The notes under the pieces are model-generated. The model worked only from the letters and a program-made list of their open reading frames with translations. It made no database searches and had not been told where the DNA came from. Made by a program: the position numbers and the translations under genes. Positions 9,690 to 17,361 of a DNA stretch of 64,000 nt are shown one piece after another; position 1 is the first letter of the stretch; every line of letters starts with the position of its first letter. Location of the stretch: positions 82,115 through 146,114 of the forward strand of contig CAZOOZ010000004.1 of assembly GCA_964581565.1 (NCBI GenBank). Reading direction: 5' to 3'. The DNA comes from an uncultured Eubacteriaceae bacterium. GTDB lineage: Bacteria; Bacillota; Clostridia; Eubacteriales; UBA1433.

Positions 9690-10424
9690 ATGAAAAAAAC
9701 TGTATTAGTTACCGGAGCAACAAGGGGTATAGGAAAATGCATAGCAAAAACATTTGCTTTAAATAATTACAATGTCATTATTAATTATTTTAAAAACGAT
9801 GTATTGGCACAAGAACTGTTAAAAGAGTTGTGTGAAATGAAAAGCATATCACTTGCATTTAAAGCTGATGTATCAAAAAGAGATGAAGTTGATACTATGC
9901 TAAAAGAGATTAAGCAATCTTTTAGATATATTGACATACTAATCAATAATGCAGGCGTTGCCGAACAAGTACTATTTACCGATATGACAGTTCAGCAATG
10001 GGATCGAATATTTGATGTGAATATAAAAGGAATGTTTAATTGTACGCAGGCAGTCGTTGAAGACATGATTTGCAGAAAAAGCGGAAAAATAATCAATATT
10101 TCTTCCATTTGGGGAATATGCGGTGCCTCTTGTGAAGTAGCCTACTCCGCATCAAAGGCAGCTGTTATTGGTTTTACGAAAGCGCTTGCCAAAGAATTAG
10201 GGCCTTCCAATATACAAGTAAATTGTATTGCACCCGGTATTATTGATACAGACATGAATAAAGAATTAGATAATATTACATTAGATTCATTGAAAGATCA
10301 AACCCCTCTGGGTAAAATAGGCTCTGGTGAAGATATTGCACATACAGCATTATTTTTAGCCGGTGAACAATCAAATTTTATTACAGGGCAAATTATAAGC
10401 CCAAATGGTGGATTTGTCATATAA
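9690..10424 (+). CDS. short-chain dehydrogenase/reductase, FabG-like 3-oxoacyl-ACP reductase
   Basis: TGATRGIGKCIA cofactor motif, NNAG, and YSASKAA catalytic motif. Confidence 0.8.
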   Translation: MKKTVLVTGATRGIGKCIAKTFALNNYNVIINYFKNDVLAQELLKELCEMKSISLAFKADVSKRDEVDTMLKEIKQSFRYIDILINNAGVAEQVLFTDMTVQQWDRIFDVNIKGMFNCTQAVVEDMICRKSGKIINISSIWGICGASCEVAYSASKAAVIGFTKALAKELGPSNIQVNCIAPGIIDTDMNKELDNITLDSLKDQTPLGKIGSGEDIAHTALFLAGEQSNFITGQIISPNGGFVI

Positions 10425-10440
10425 TATTAAGATTTTTTAT

Positions 10441-11451
10441 TTACAGGCTGAGTGATGGATCTGCGTTTAGAAATATATCGCTTATATTGTTATTTAAATA
10501 TTCATAGTAAGCGCATGAAGCGATCATAGCCGCATTATCAGTACAGTATTTTGGGCTCGGTATAAACAGTTTATAGCCTTTTTCCTCGGAGAGCTGTATC
10601 ATTCTTTCTTTTAATCTACTGTTTGCGGCCACTCCGCCAGACAGGCAAATCGTATTTTGCTTTGTGAATTGTGCTGCCATATCTATTTTTTTGCATAATA
10701 TATCCACAACGGCTTCTTGAAAAGAAGCGCTTATATCATAAGGATTGATTTCAAGGTTTTTCATTTTCATTGTATTTAAATAGTTGAGAACGGCTGATTT
10801 TAATCCACTGAAACTAAAATCAAAACTTGTGTTGGAAAGCATGACTCTGGGAAAAGAGATTGATTCCTTGTCCCCCTTTTTTGCATATTTATCGATTTCG
10901 GGGCCCCCTGGATAATTAAAACCCAAACAACGTGCAATTTTATCAAATGCTTCACCGGCCGCGTCATCCAAAGTTTTTCCAAGTGTAGTAATTTTGCAGT
11001 AGTCTTCGACAAGTAAAATATTGGTATGACCGCCGGATATAACTAAACTCACAAACGGAGGATGCAAATCTTTGTATTCAAGATAATTTGCAGCGATATG
11101 TCCTTTAATGTGATGGATACCAATAAGTGGTTTGTTTGCTGCATATGCCATAGATTTTGCATATGATAGCCCCACCAACAAAGCACCGACAAGGCCGGGG
11201 CCGTAGGTGACCGCAATTGCATCAAGATCATTAAAATTGATGTTTGCATCGTCTAATGCTCCTCGGGTAATATAAGGCAACATTTGCAAATGGTTTCTTG
11301 ATGCAATCTCAGGCACAACTCCGCCGTAACGTCGATGAATATCTATTTGCGTCGACGTTACTTCTGAGAGCAGATCTCTTCCGTTTTCAACAATTGATGC
11401 TGATGTTTCATCACAAGATGTTTCAATAGCAAGAATTTTTATTTTTTTCAT
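10441..11451 (-). CDS. tsaD: tRNA N6-adenosine threonylcarbamoyltransferase TsaD
   Basis: MKKIKILAIETSCDETSA N-terminus and HHIKGHI metal-binding motif. The track start (GTG 11463) overlaps the upstream stop. ATG 11451 gives the canonical N-terminus. Confidence 0.9.
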   Translation of the reverse strand: MKKIKILAIETSCDETSASIVENGRDLLSEVTSTQIDIHRRYGGVVPEIASRNHLQMLPYITRGALDDANINFNDLDAIAVTYGPGLVGALLVGLSYAKSMAYAANKPLIGIHHIKGHIAANYLEYKDLHPPFVSLVISGGHTNILLVEDYCKITTLGKTLDDAAGEAFDKIARCLGFNYPGGPEIDKYAKKGDKESISFPRVMLSNTSFDFSFSGLKSAVLNYLNTMKMKNLEINPYDISASFQEAVVDILCKKIDMAAQFTKQNTICLSGGVAANSRLKERMIQLSEEKGYKLFIPSPKYCTDNAAMIASCAYYEYLNNNISDIFLNADPSLSL

Positions 11452-11459
11452 TTTTCTTT

Positions 11460-12623
11460 TCACTGTTTTCTCAATTTCATTTTTTGTTTTAATTTGTTAA
11501 CAAAAGCAATGTATATACTGCCCGAGCCAAAACCATAGAGCAATAATATAAAAATAGATCCGATAACCGGGATATAACTGATAGCAAATAATATACAAAT
11601 AATAATCAAAATATCAAATTTATACAATTTATATTTTGCTAATTTGTTTTTTATTAAACTGACAAACGGAACAATGGATATCAATATCAGGAAAGAATAC
11701 ACTCCTAATAAAAATATACCCGGAGCTACTAAAATACCTGAAAGAATCATTAGAATAGATAATATTACCGTACTAAAAAGAATGCCTATACCTATTAATA
11801 ATGAAATAAAAGGATTTCTTTTCAGTGTATAGACACTATCATTAACGAAATTTGGACAAAGTAAAAATAAAAGCCATGTCAAAAAAACCAATAATAATAT
11901 CTTAAAAAAAGATATGCCTATAGTTAAGAAATTACTTTGGTTTTGAAGAGAAAATTCACTGGTTATAGCGTTATGATGATTAATCTCTCCTGAAATTTGT
12001 GATTGGCTATCGATAGATGCATTAAGATTGGAATAATAATTTAAATTACCGGATAATATCGAATTGCCGCTTATTTCAATATTATCAGAATAGATAGTTG
12101 CATTTTTATTTATCTGCGCATCAAGTGTAACATTGTCAGCTTTAATATATAAATCACCTTTCACCTGTCCTCGTAAGATTACACTGCCTGTGGAATAGAT
12201 GTAGACATCATCTTCAAAGACAGTTGATTGATCAGACTCAAAAGAATATAAAGAAACAGCGATCATGTCGTCTTTGATGACCGAATTTGTTATAGTAGAC
12301 AGTGCATTGATTAAAATAATATCTTTATTGAAATTTCCTCCGTCTACATGAACTGCATCGGTACCAATAATCGTTAAACCATAAATTTTTCCGCTTATTG
12401 TAGCTTCTTTTGCCGAAATAGCTGCAAGATTGGCAGTTAATTCTCCGTCGATATTAATGGTATTATAAAAACCAAACAAGTCATAGGAGTATGTTTGCCC
12501 CTCTTGGATATTGATATCGTTATTCTGTAAATCAGAAGCTGTGTCTGACTGTGTGGAAGCCGATACTGTACTGCTTAACAATATGACCACAATCAGAAGC
12601 CCTAATATGATTTTTTTCTTCAT
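11460..12623 (-). CDS. hypothetical membrane protein: signal peptide, repetitive beta-helix-like ectodomain, multi-TM C-terminus
   Basis: 387 aa with an N-terminal signal-like segment (ILGLLIVVILLSSTVSAS). Repetitive G/N/D-rich strands follow (bactofilin-like by eye), then about 5-6 hydrophobic helices. Confidence 0.55.
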   Translation of the reverse strand: MKKKIILGLLIVVILLSSTVSASTQSDTASDLQNNDINIQEGQTYSYDLFGFYNTINIDGELTANLAAISAKEATISGKIYGLTIIGTDAVHVDGGNFNKDIILINALSTITNSVIKDDMIAVSLYSFESDQSTVFEDDVYIYSTGSVILRGQVKGDLYIKADNVTLDAQINKNATIYSDNIEISGNSILSGNLNYYSNLNASIDSQSQISGEINHHNAITSEFSLQNQSNFLTIGISFFKILLLVFLTWLLFLLCPNFVNDSVYTLKRNPFISLLIGIGILFSTVILSILMILSGILVAPGIFLLGVYSFLILISIVPFVSLIKNKLAKYKLYKFDILIIICILFAISYIPVIGSIFILLLYGFGSGSIYIAFVNKLKQKMKLRKQ

Positions 12624-12633
12624 GGTAGCCCTT

Positions 12634-13077
12634 CTATAAAATTACTTTTAACATTAATATTGCGTTTTCTTTATTATCGGGATAATAATTATGCCGCATA
12701 CCGTTTTCTATAAATCCTTTTTTCCTATATAAATCATATGCAATTTTATTGCTCTGCCTTACTTCTAAATACATATAATGAATATCTCTGGTTTTGGCGA
12801 TTTTTATCATATGATCTATTAAACTTTGTCCAATACCTAAATTTCTGTAAATTTGCTTTACGGCTATATTTGTTATATGTGCTTCGTCAATAACCAACCA
12901 CATACCGCCATATGCGACTATTTCTCGACCTAGCATCCCAACAATATAACAAGCGAGCTTATTTTGCATTTCTTCCTCAAAAGCTTGTCTGGGCCAGGGA
13001 GATGTAAAAGCTTCGCTTTCTAATTCGAATACGGAATCTATATCTTTGTATTTCATTTTTCTGAATGTGACTTTCAT
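12634..13077 (-). CDS. rimI: ribosomal-protein-alanine N-acetyltransferase
   Basis: 147-aa GNAT with the RNLGIGQSL acetyl-CoA motif, in tsaE-tsaB-rimI context. Confidence 0.85.
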   Translation of the reverse strand: MKVTFRKMKYKDIDSVFELESEAFTSPWPRQAFEEEMQNKLACYIVGMLGREIVAYGGMWLVIDEAHITNIAVKQIYRNLGIGQSLIDHMIKIAKTRDIHYMYLEVRQSNKIAYDLYRKKGFIENGMRHNYYPDNKENAILMLKVIL

Positions 13078-13781
13078 TCTCGGTGCCTTTTGTTCGATAA
13101 GTTTTCTTCCGCTTGTGCAACTCTCAAATAATTTGGCATAGCAGTATAATGATTCTGCAGGTCTCCTGCCTTTAATTTTTCTAAAGCTGCCAATGCTGCA
13201 TATGAAGCTCTGGGCATTAAAACATTTGTGTTGGCAATATGAGCCTTGCTTTTCATTTTATCTTTAAATTGATTATAATACTTTATGCAGGCATCACCTA
13301 AAAATAATACATTACCGTTTTGCGTATTTAAAATATTGATAAGATCAGAAAACAAAAAAACATTTTCTTTTTGCAAGTTTTCCAATTTATTATCTTGAAA
13401 TTTATATAAAGCGGAATATAACTGACTTCGCTGTGCATCGAGAATGGGACAAATAATACCGTTAAAATACATAACAGAATATGCTAAAGTATCCAAGGTT
13501 GACACTGTGATAATTGGTTTATTTTCAACAATAGCGAAACCCTTGATTGTTGCTAAAGCAATACGCAGTCCCGTAAATGAACCGGGGCCTTGGGAGACCG
13601 CAAAATAATCAATATCATGGATATCCATCCTAAGATTTTTTAGTAGCGAATCAATTATAATGAGCAGTTTTTCGGAATGCTTTAATTTATAGTCTGTAAA
13701 AATTTCTCCATGAAGTTTATATTCGTCAACAATTGCGGCGGATGCGGCGATTGTTGACGTATCAATGGCAAGTATTTTCAT
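13074..13781 (-). CDS. tsaB: tRNA threonylcarbamoyladenosine biosynthesis protein TsaB
   Basis: MKILAIDTS...GPGSFTGLRI motif. Overlaps rimI by 4 nt. Confidence 0.9.
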   Translation of the reverse strand: MKILAIDTSTIAASAAIVDEYKLHGEIFTDYKLKHSEKLLIIIDSLLKNLRMDIHDIDYFAVSQGPGSFTGLRIALATIKGFAIVENKPIITVSTLDTLAYSVMYFNGIICPILDAQRSQLYSALYKFQDNKLENLQKENVFLFSDLINILNTQNGNVLFLGDACIKYYNQFKDKMKSKAHIANTNVLMPRASYAALAALEKLKAGDLQNHYTAMPNYLRVAQAEENLSNKRHRE

Positions 13782-14234
13782 TTAGTCACCGTTAAGATTA
13801 TATATTATTTCATATTTTATTTCTCTCGCAAACGGAGTCGTTTTCTTGATCGTTATTTGCTTATAATTAAAATTCTCTAAAATGGGGATTGCGATATCCG
13901 GCCATTCAATGACGACAATACCAGTTGAATGTAAATATTCTTCAAAACCAATTTCAAATAGTTCTTCTTGATTTTTTAGTCTGTATAGATCCATATGATA
14001 TATATCATTATCACCGTTATATTCATTTATAATTGTAAAAGTCGGACTTGTAACATTTTGTATAATATGCTTTTGTCTTGCCACTCCTTTTACAAATGAT
14101 GTTTTACCCGCTCCCATCTCACCATATAAGAGAATGATGTCGCCTTCGTGAAAATTTTTGGCTAAATTAAAACCAATTTGCTGCGTTTGAGGCTCATTGT
14201 TTGAAAACATATGAGATATTACCGTATTTTTCAT
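13782..14234 (-). CDS. tsaE: tRNA threonylcarbamoyladenosine biosynthesis ATPase TsaE
   Basis: 150 aa with LYGEMGAGKTSF Walker A, SPTFTI, and HMDLYRL motifs. Confidence 0.9.
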   Translation of the reverse strand: MKNTVISHMFSNNEPQTQQIGFNLAKNFHEGDIILLYGEMGAGKTSFVKGVARQKHIIQNVTSPTFTIINEYNGDNDIYHMDLYRLKNQEELFEIGFEEYLHSTGIVVIEWPDIAIPILENFNYKQITIKKTTPFAREIKYEIIYNLNGD

Positions 14235-14241
14235 AATTTAA

Positions 14242-14880
14242 CTATTTAAATCTGTTCCTGTTTTTCATTGTTTTTATTCTAAGTAAAAGTTGTTTATAGA
14301 AATCTTTACCGAAAAATAAAAAGAAATTAAGCAATGAACCAATGATAGCAATTCGAATAGAGCCGCTTCCTATTATAATTTCATATAAATATAAGACGGC
14401 ATTGGCATAAGCCAAATATTTAATTTTAACGGGTAAAATAAAAAATAATAATATTTCCATATTTGGGTAGAGCATTGCAAAAGCAAAGAATAAAGAAAGA
14501 TTCAAAAATGTCCCCGTAACAGGAATTTGAGATATTAAAGATGCTATAACAGTTAATACAACGCCCAAAAAATAATAAATATTAAATTTAAAACTTCCCC
14601 ATGTGCGTTCAAGTGAAGTGCCGATAAAATAATAAAAATATAAAGCTATAATAGTAAAGAAGATACCTGATGCCGGAGGAACAAAAATAAAAGTTATTAC
14701 TCGCCAAATCTGGCCTTTGAAAACTAGGGCGGGATCTAAAATAAAGTATGAAAGTATTTCAGTTCTATTTAAAACATATGCAACTACATAAATAATCGCA
14801 TTTAGTATAGTGATGTGGAGCATCAGATTCTTTATAGCATATTTACCAAATTTTTTATTTAATTTATTTAAAAATTTCAT
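14242..14880 (-). CDS. polytopic membrane protein, rhomboid-like fold without an obvious catalytic Ser/His
   Basis: 212 aa with about 6 TM segments. GQIWRVITFIFVP resembles the rhomboid WR-x-T-x-F motif, but I see no GxSG. Confidence 0.45.
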   Translation of the reverse strand: MKFLNKLNKKFGKYAIKNLMLHITILNAIIYVVAYVLNRTEILSYFILDPALVFKGQIWRVITFIFVPPASGIFFTIIALYFYYFIGTSLERTWGSFKFNIYYFLGVVLTVIASLISQIPVTGTFLNLSLFFAFAMLYPNMEILLFFILPVKIKYLAYANAVLYLYEIIIGSGSIRIAIIGSLLNFFLFFGKDFYKQLLLRIKTMKNRNRFK

Positions 14881-15029
14881 TTAATTTCCTCGTAATTTAA
14901 GATATGTTGCCTTTATATTCTATATTGTTTAGATAAAAATGTAAATTAGTAAATTAAATAGATAAAAATTTATTTGCGAAATATGATGATAACGATATAG
15001 TTTATTATAAGCAAATTTCAAATTTATGC

Positions 15030-15474
15030 AAACAGATAAGCAGACCTGCAATCTCATATAAGAAGAGGTCTGCTTAACTTTTGAAGATGTACCGCAATGG
15101 TGTACTTCCTCCTTTTTCTCTCCTATCCCACTCATCTATAAAACTCATATTCTATAATTAAGAAATAAAGTATTCATGATCAATGGGAAGGTACATATTT
15201 GAAAATTACAGTTTGGCAACCATTGCAAGCCGCTTATAATCTTCTCAACCAAATACGTTATAGCTGTTTTCATTTATATCTTTTCTTTATATGATCCATC
15301 CTATGCTTTTGATAAACGATATACAGTAAAATTACTGTTTTTTCGTTTTCTCTAAACCCTTAGGCTCAACATACTTTGAAACATATATTGAATCAATACT
15401 GAAAATGCATATCCGTACAGGTGCGTAACCTTATCGGAGGTTCCAGATAATTCGGTAAACCTTTTCATCTGGTG
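15030..15474 (-). ncRNA. candidate ~445-nt structured non-coding RNA of unassigned family (copy 1)
   Basis: Bounded by its own promoter and hairpin terminator. No SD-preceded ORF. Several nested and long-range complementary segments (listed in findings). Confidence 0.55.
15037..15076 (-). terminator. hairpin terminator at the 3' end of the repeat-encoded RNA (copy 1)
   Basis: 10-bp stem TAAGCAGACC/GGTCTGCTTA with a 20-nt loop. It is followed on the minus strand by AUCUGUUU (a weak U tract). Confidence 0.5.
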
Positions 15475-15480
15475 GGTTTC

Positions 15481-15509
15481 ATTGTATACGATATCACTTT
15501 CTTTGTCAA
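15481..15509 (-). promoter_or_regulatory. near-consensus sigma-A promoter of the repeat-encoded RNA (copy 1)
   Basis: On the minus strand: TTGACA (15509-15504), 17-nt spacer, TACAAT (15486-15481), preceded by an A-rich UP-like tract (AAAAATTTCCAAAAAAGTA). Confidence 0.7.
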
Positions 15510-15532
15510 TACTTTTTTGGAAATTTTTTACT

Positions 15533-16021
15533 CTAATTTTCTGCGTCTGTATGAATTACCAAAACCGGACACGGGGCTTCTGCCAGTACTCTTTGTGCAA
15601 CCGAACCAATAAAGAAACGTTTTATTTTAGAAAAGCCTCTGTTTCCTATAACAATCAAATCAAATTTTTCATTTTGGGCTGTTTCTAAAATTTTAATATA
15701 AGGCTCGCCAAAATATATTTGTGTTTCAAACTCAATATTTGTAAAATCAAATTCGGAAAGAATAGATTCTAGCAAATCTGATGCATTATGCACCATTATT
15801 TGCTTCAATGCTTCATCATCTATTTTTGTGTCCCTGCCGATAATGATTGAACCATCAACTTGGCGCCAGAGCTGTTCGTTTATTTTAAACATTCTTGCAT
15901 AGTCATAATGAACGACGGTAATCAGTTTAAGATACGATTTTTTGGCTTTTGATATTTCTATCGCTTTTTTTACAGCATTTTTAGAGGCGGTAGATCCGTC
16001 TACAGGAACTAATATTTTCAT
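15533..16021 (-). CDS. universal stress protein (UspA family, ATP-binding type)
   Basis: 162 aa starting MKILVPVDGS, with the C-terminal G-x2-G-x9-G(S/T) motif (GNRGFSKIKRFFIGSVAQ). Confidence 0.85.
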   Translation of the reverse strand: MKILVPVDGSTASKNAVKKAIEISKAKKSYLKLITVVHYDYARMFKINEQLWRQVDGSIIIGRDTKIDDEALKQIMVHNASDLLESILSEFDFTNIEFETQIYFGEPYIKILETAQNEKFDLIVIGNRGFSKIKRFFIGSVAQRVLAEAPCPVLVIHTDAEN

Positions 16022-16092
16022 GATAATCTCCTTTAAATTTATTGAAAATATTTTTTTGAAAAAATGATGTGTAAATATTATCTATATTTTTA

Positions 16093-16980
16093 TTATGATT
16101 GAAGTTCCGTTTCCTTTTTTACTATATTTATTAAATAATGCAAAAATTCATCTTTAATATCTTTTCGTTTTAAGGCTGTTTCAACGGTTGCTTCTAAAAA
16201 GCCTTGTTTGCTTCCTAAATCATAACGTCGACCTTCGAATATATAAGCGAAAACTTTTTCAACTTCAGCGAGTTTGTTTAATGCATCTGTTAGCTGTATT
16301 TCTCCTCCTTTACCCGGCGATGTTTCATCAAGTATTTTAAATATTGTTGGTGTAATGATATATCTTCCCAAGATTGCTATGTCGGATGGAGCATCACTTT
16401 CTGAAGGTTTTTCTACAAGACCGTTCACTTGATAAATGCTATCAGTTATTTTTTTCCCGTCAACTATACCATATTTATTAACTTGAGAAAGCTCAACTTG
16501 CTGAACACCCAAAATTGTTGATTGATAGTTGTCAAATACGTCAATCATTTGTTTTAAACATGGCGTGTGATCGTTATCTACAACATCATCGCCAAGCAAA
16601 ACTGCAAAAGGTTCATTACCTACAAATGTTCTCGCGCAATAAATTGCATGTCCGAGTCCCTTAGGTTCTTTTTGTCTTATATAATGGATTTCGGCAAGTT
16701 CGGAGATGTCTTTTACAATTTTTAAGAGATCGAAATTGTTTTTTCGTTCAAGTTCTTGTTCAAATTCAATTGATCGATCAAAATGATCTTCGATCGCTCG
16801 TTTGTTTTTTCCTGTAATAATGAGAATTTCATCGATTCCGGAATTTATTGCTTCTTCAATAATATATTGAATAGTGGGTTTGTCTACAATCGGAAGCATT
16901 TCTTTTGGCATTGCTTTTGTTGCCGGCAAAAAACGCGTTCCCAATCCTGCTGCCGGAATGATCGCTTTTCGTACACGCAT
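16093..16980 (-). CDS. galU: UTP--glucose-1-phosphate uridylyltransferase
   Basis: KAIIPAAGLGTRFLPATKAMPKEMLPIVDKP N-terminus and LGDD motif; 295 aa. Confidence 0.93.
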   Translation of the reverse strand: MRVRKAIIPAAGLGTRFLPATKAMPKEMLPIVDKPTIQYIIEEAINSGIDEILIITGKNKRAIEDHFDRSIEFEQELERKNNFDLLKIVKDISELAEIHYIRQKEPKGLGHAIYCARTFVGNEPFAVLLGDDVVDNDHTPCLKQMIDVFDNYQSTILGVQQVELSQVNKYGIVDGKKITDSIYQVNGLVEKPSESDAPSDIAILGRYIITPTIFKILDETSPGKGGEIQLTDALNKLAEVEKVFAYIFEGRRYDLGSKQGFLEATVETALKRKDIKDEFLHYLINIVKKETELQS

Positions 16981-17361
16981 ATTAATTTATACCTGCCTTT
17001 ATCATTGCATAATTAATTATTATAATATTGCTTTTTGTTTTAAAGAATAACATATTGAATAGAAAATTTCAACCAACAAGGGTTTTTACGTGTTCATAAA
17101 AAATAAAAATTTAGATAGTTTTCTTATGATTGACAGAGTAATAAAATTTGTATTTTTCTATGCAATATGTTAGCATTGTAAATAATATTTCAGTTTTGTT
17201 AATATAAATTTACATAAAATTTACTTGTGCCAGTATAAAATTAAAGACGTGATATTTAAGTTTAGCAAAATATTATTTCAGATAAAATATTCTGCTTTGT
17301 AGATATTATTAAAAAACATATAGACAATAGACATAAAGGCTAAATGATAGGAGGAATGATA

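Larger units (their letters stand above)
15030..15528. repeat. 499-bp repeat, copy 1 (identical to 23604-24102, direct orientation)
   Basis: Base-by-base comparison at a constant offset of 8574 found 499/499 matches. Identity breaks abruptly on both sides. Confidence 0.97.

Noticed and set aside
14929-15135. 68-aa track ORF (minus strand) inside repeat copy 1
   Set aside because: It has no SD and reads straight through the terminator hairpin into unique flank, so its C-terminus would differ between the two copies. Its composition is low-complexity. Judged spurious.
15145-15273. 42-codon ATG ORF (MKTAITYLVEKIISGLQW...) inside the candidate RNA
   Set aside because: No GGAGG-like SD lies within 15 nt upstream, and it has no recognisable features. 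It is too short to judge, and is kept only as the alternative that homolog substitution patterns could revive.
15030-15528. Whether the 499-bp repeat is an IS element, a MITE or an IS200/IS605-type PATE
   Set aside because: It has no transposase ORF, and its ends are not inverted repeats of each other. The flanks show no target-site duplication. The two subterminal hairpins differ in sequence. A promoter-to-terminator RNA gene explains the layout better. Mobility is not excluded, only unsupported.
15482-15688. 68-aa plus-strand track ORF spanning the repeat edge and the usp 3' end
   Set aside because: It is antisense to a well-supported usp gene and has no SD. It is an AT-rich shadow ORF.
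17320-17333. Whether the tandem heptamer ATAGACA-ATAGACA just upstream of the otsAB SD is a regulator site
   Set aside because: A 14-nt direct repeat in a 363-bp AT-rich spacer is within chance expectation, and I know of no matching motif. Not supportable from one occurrence.
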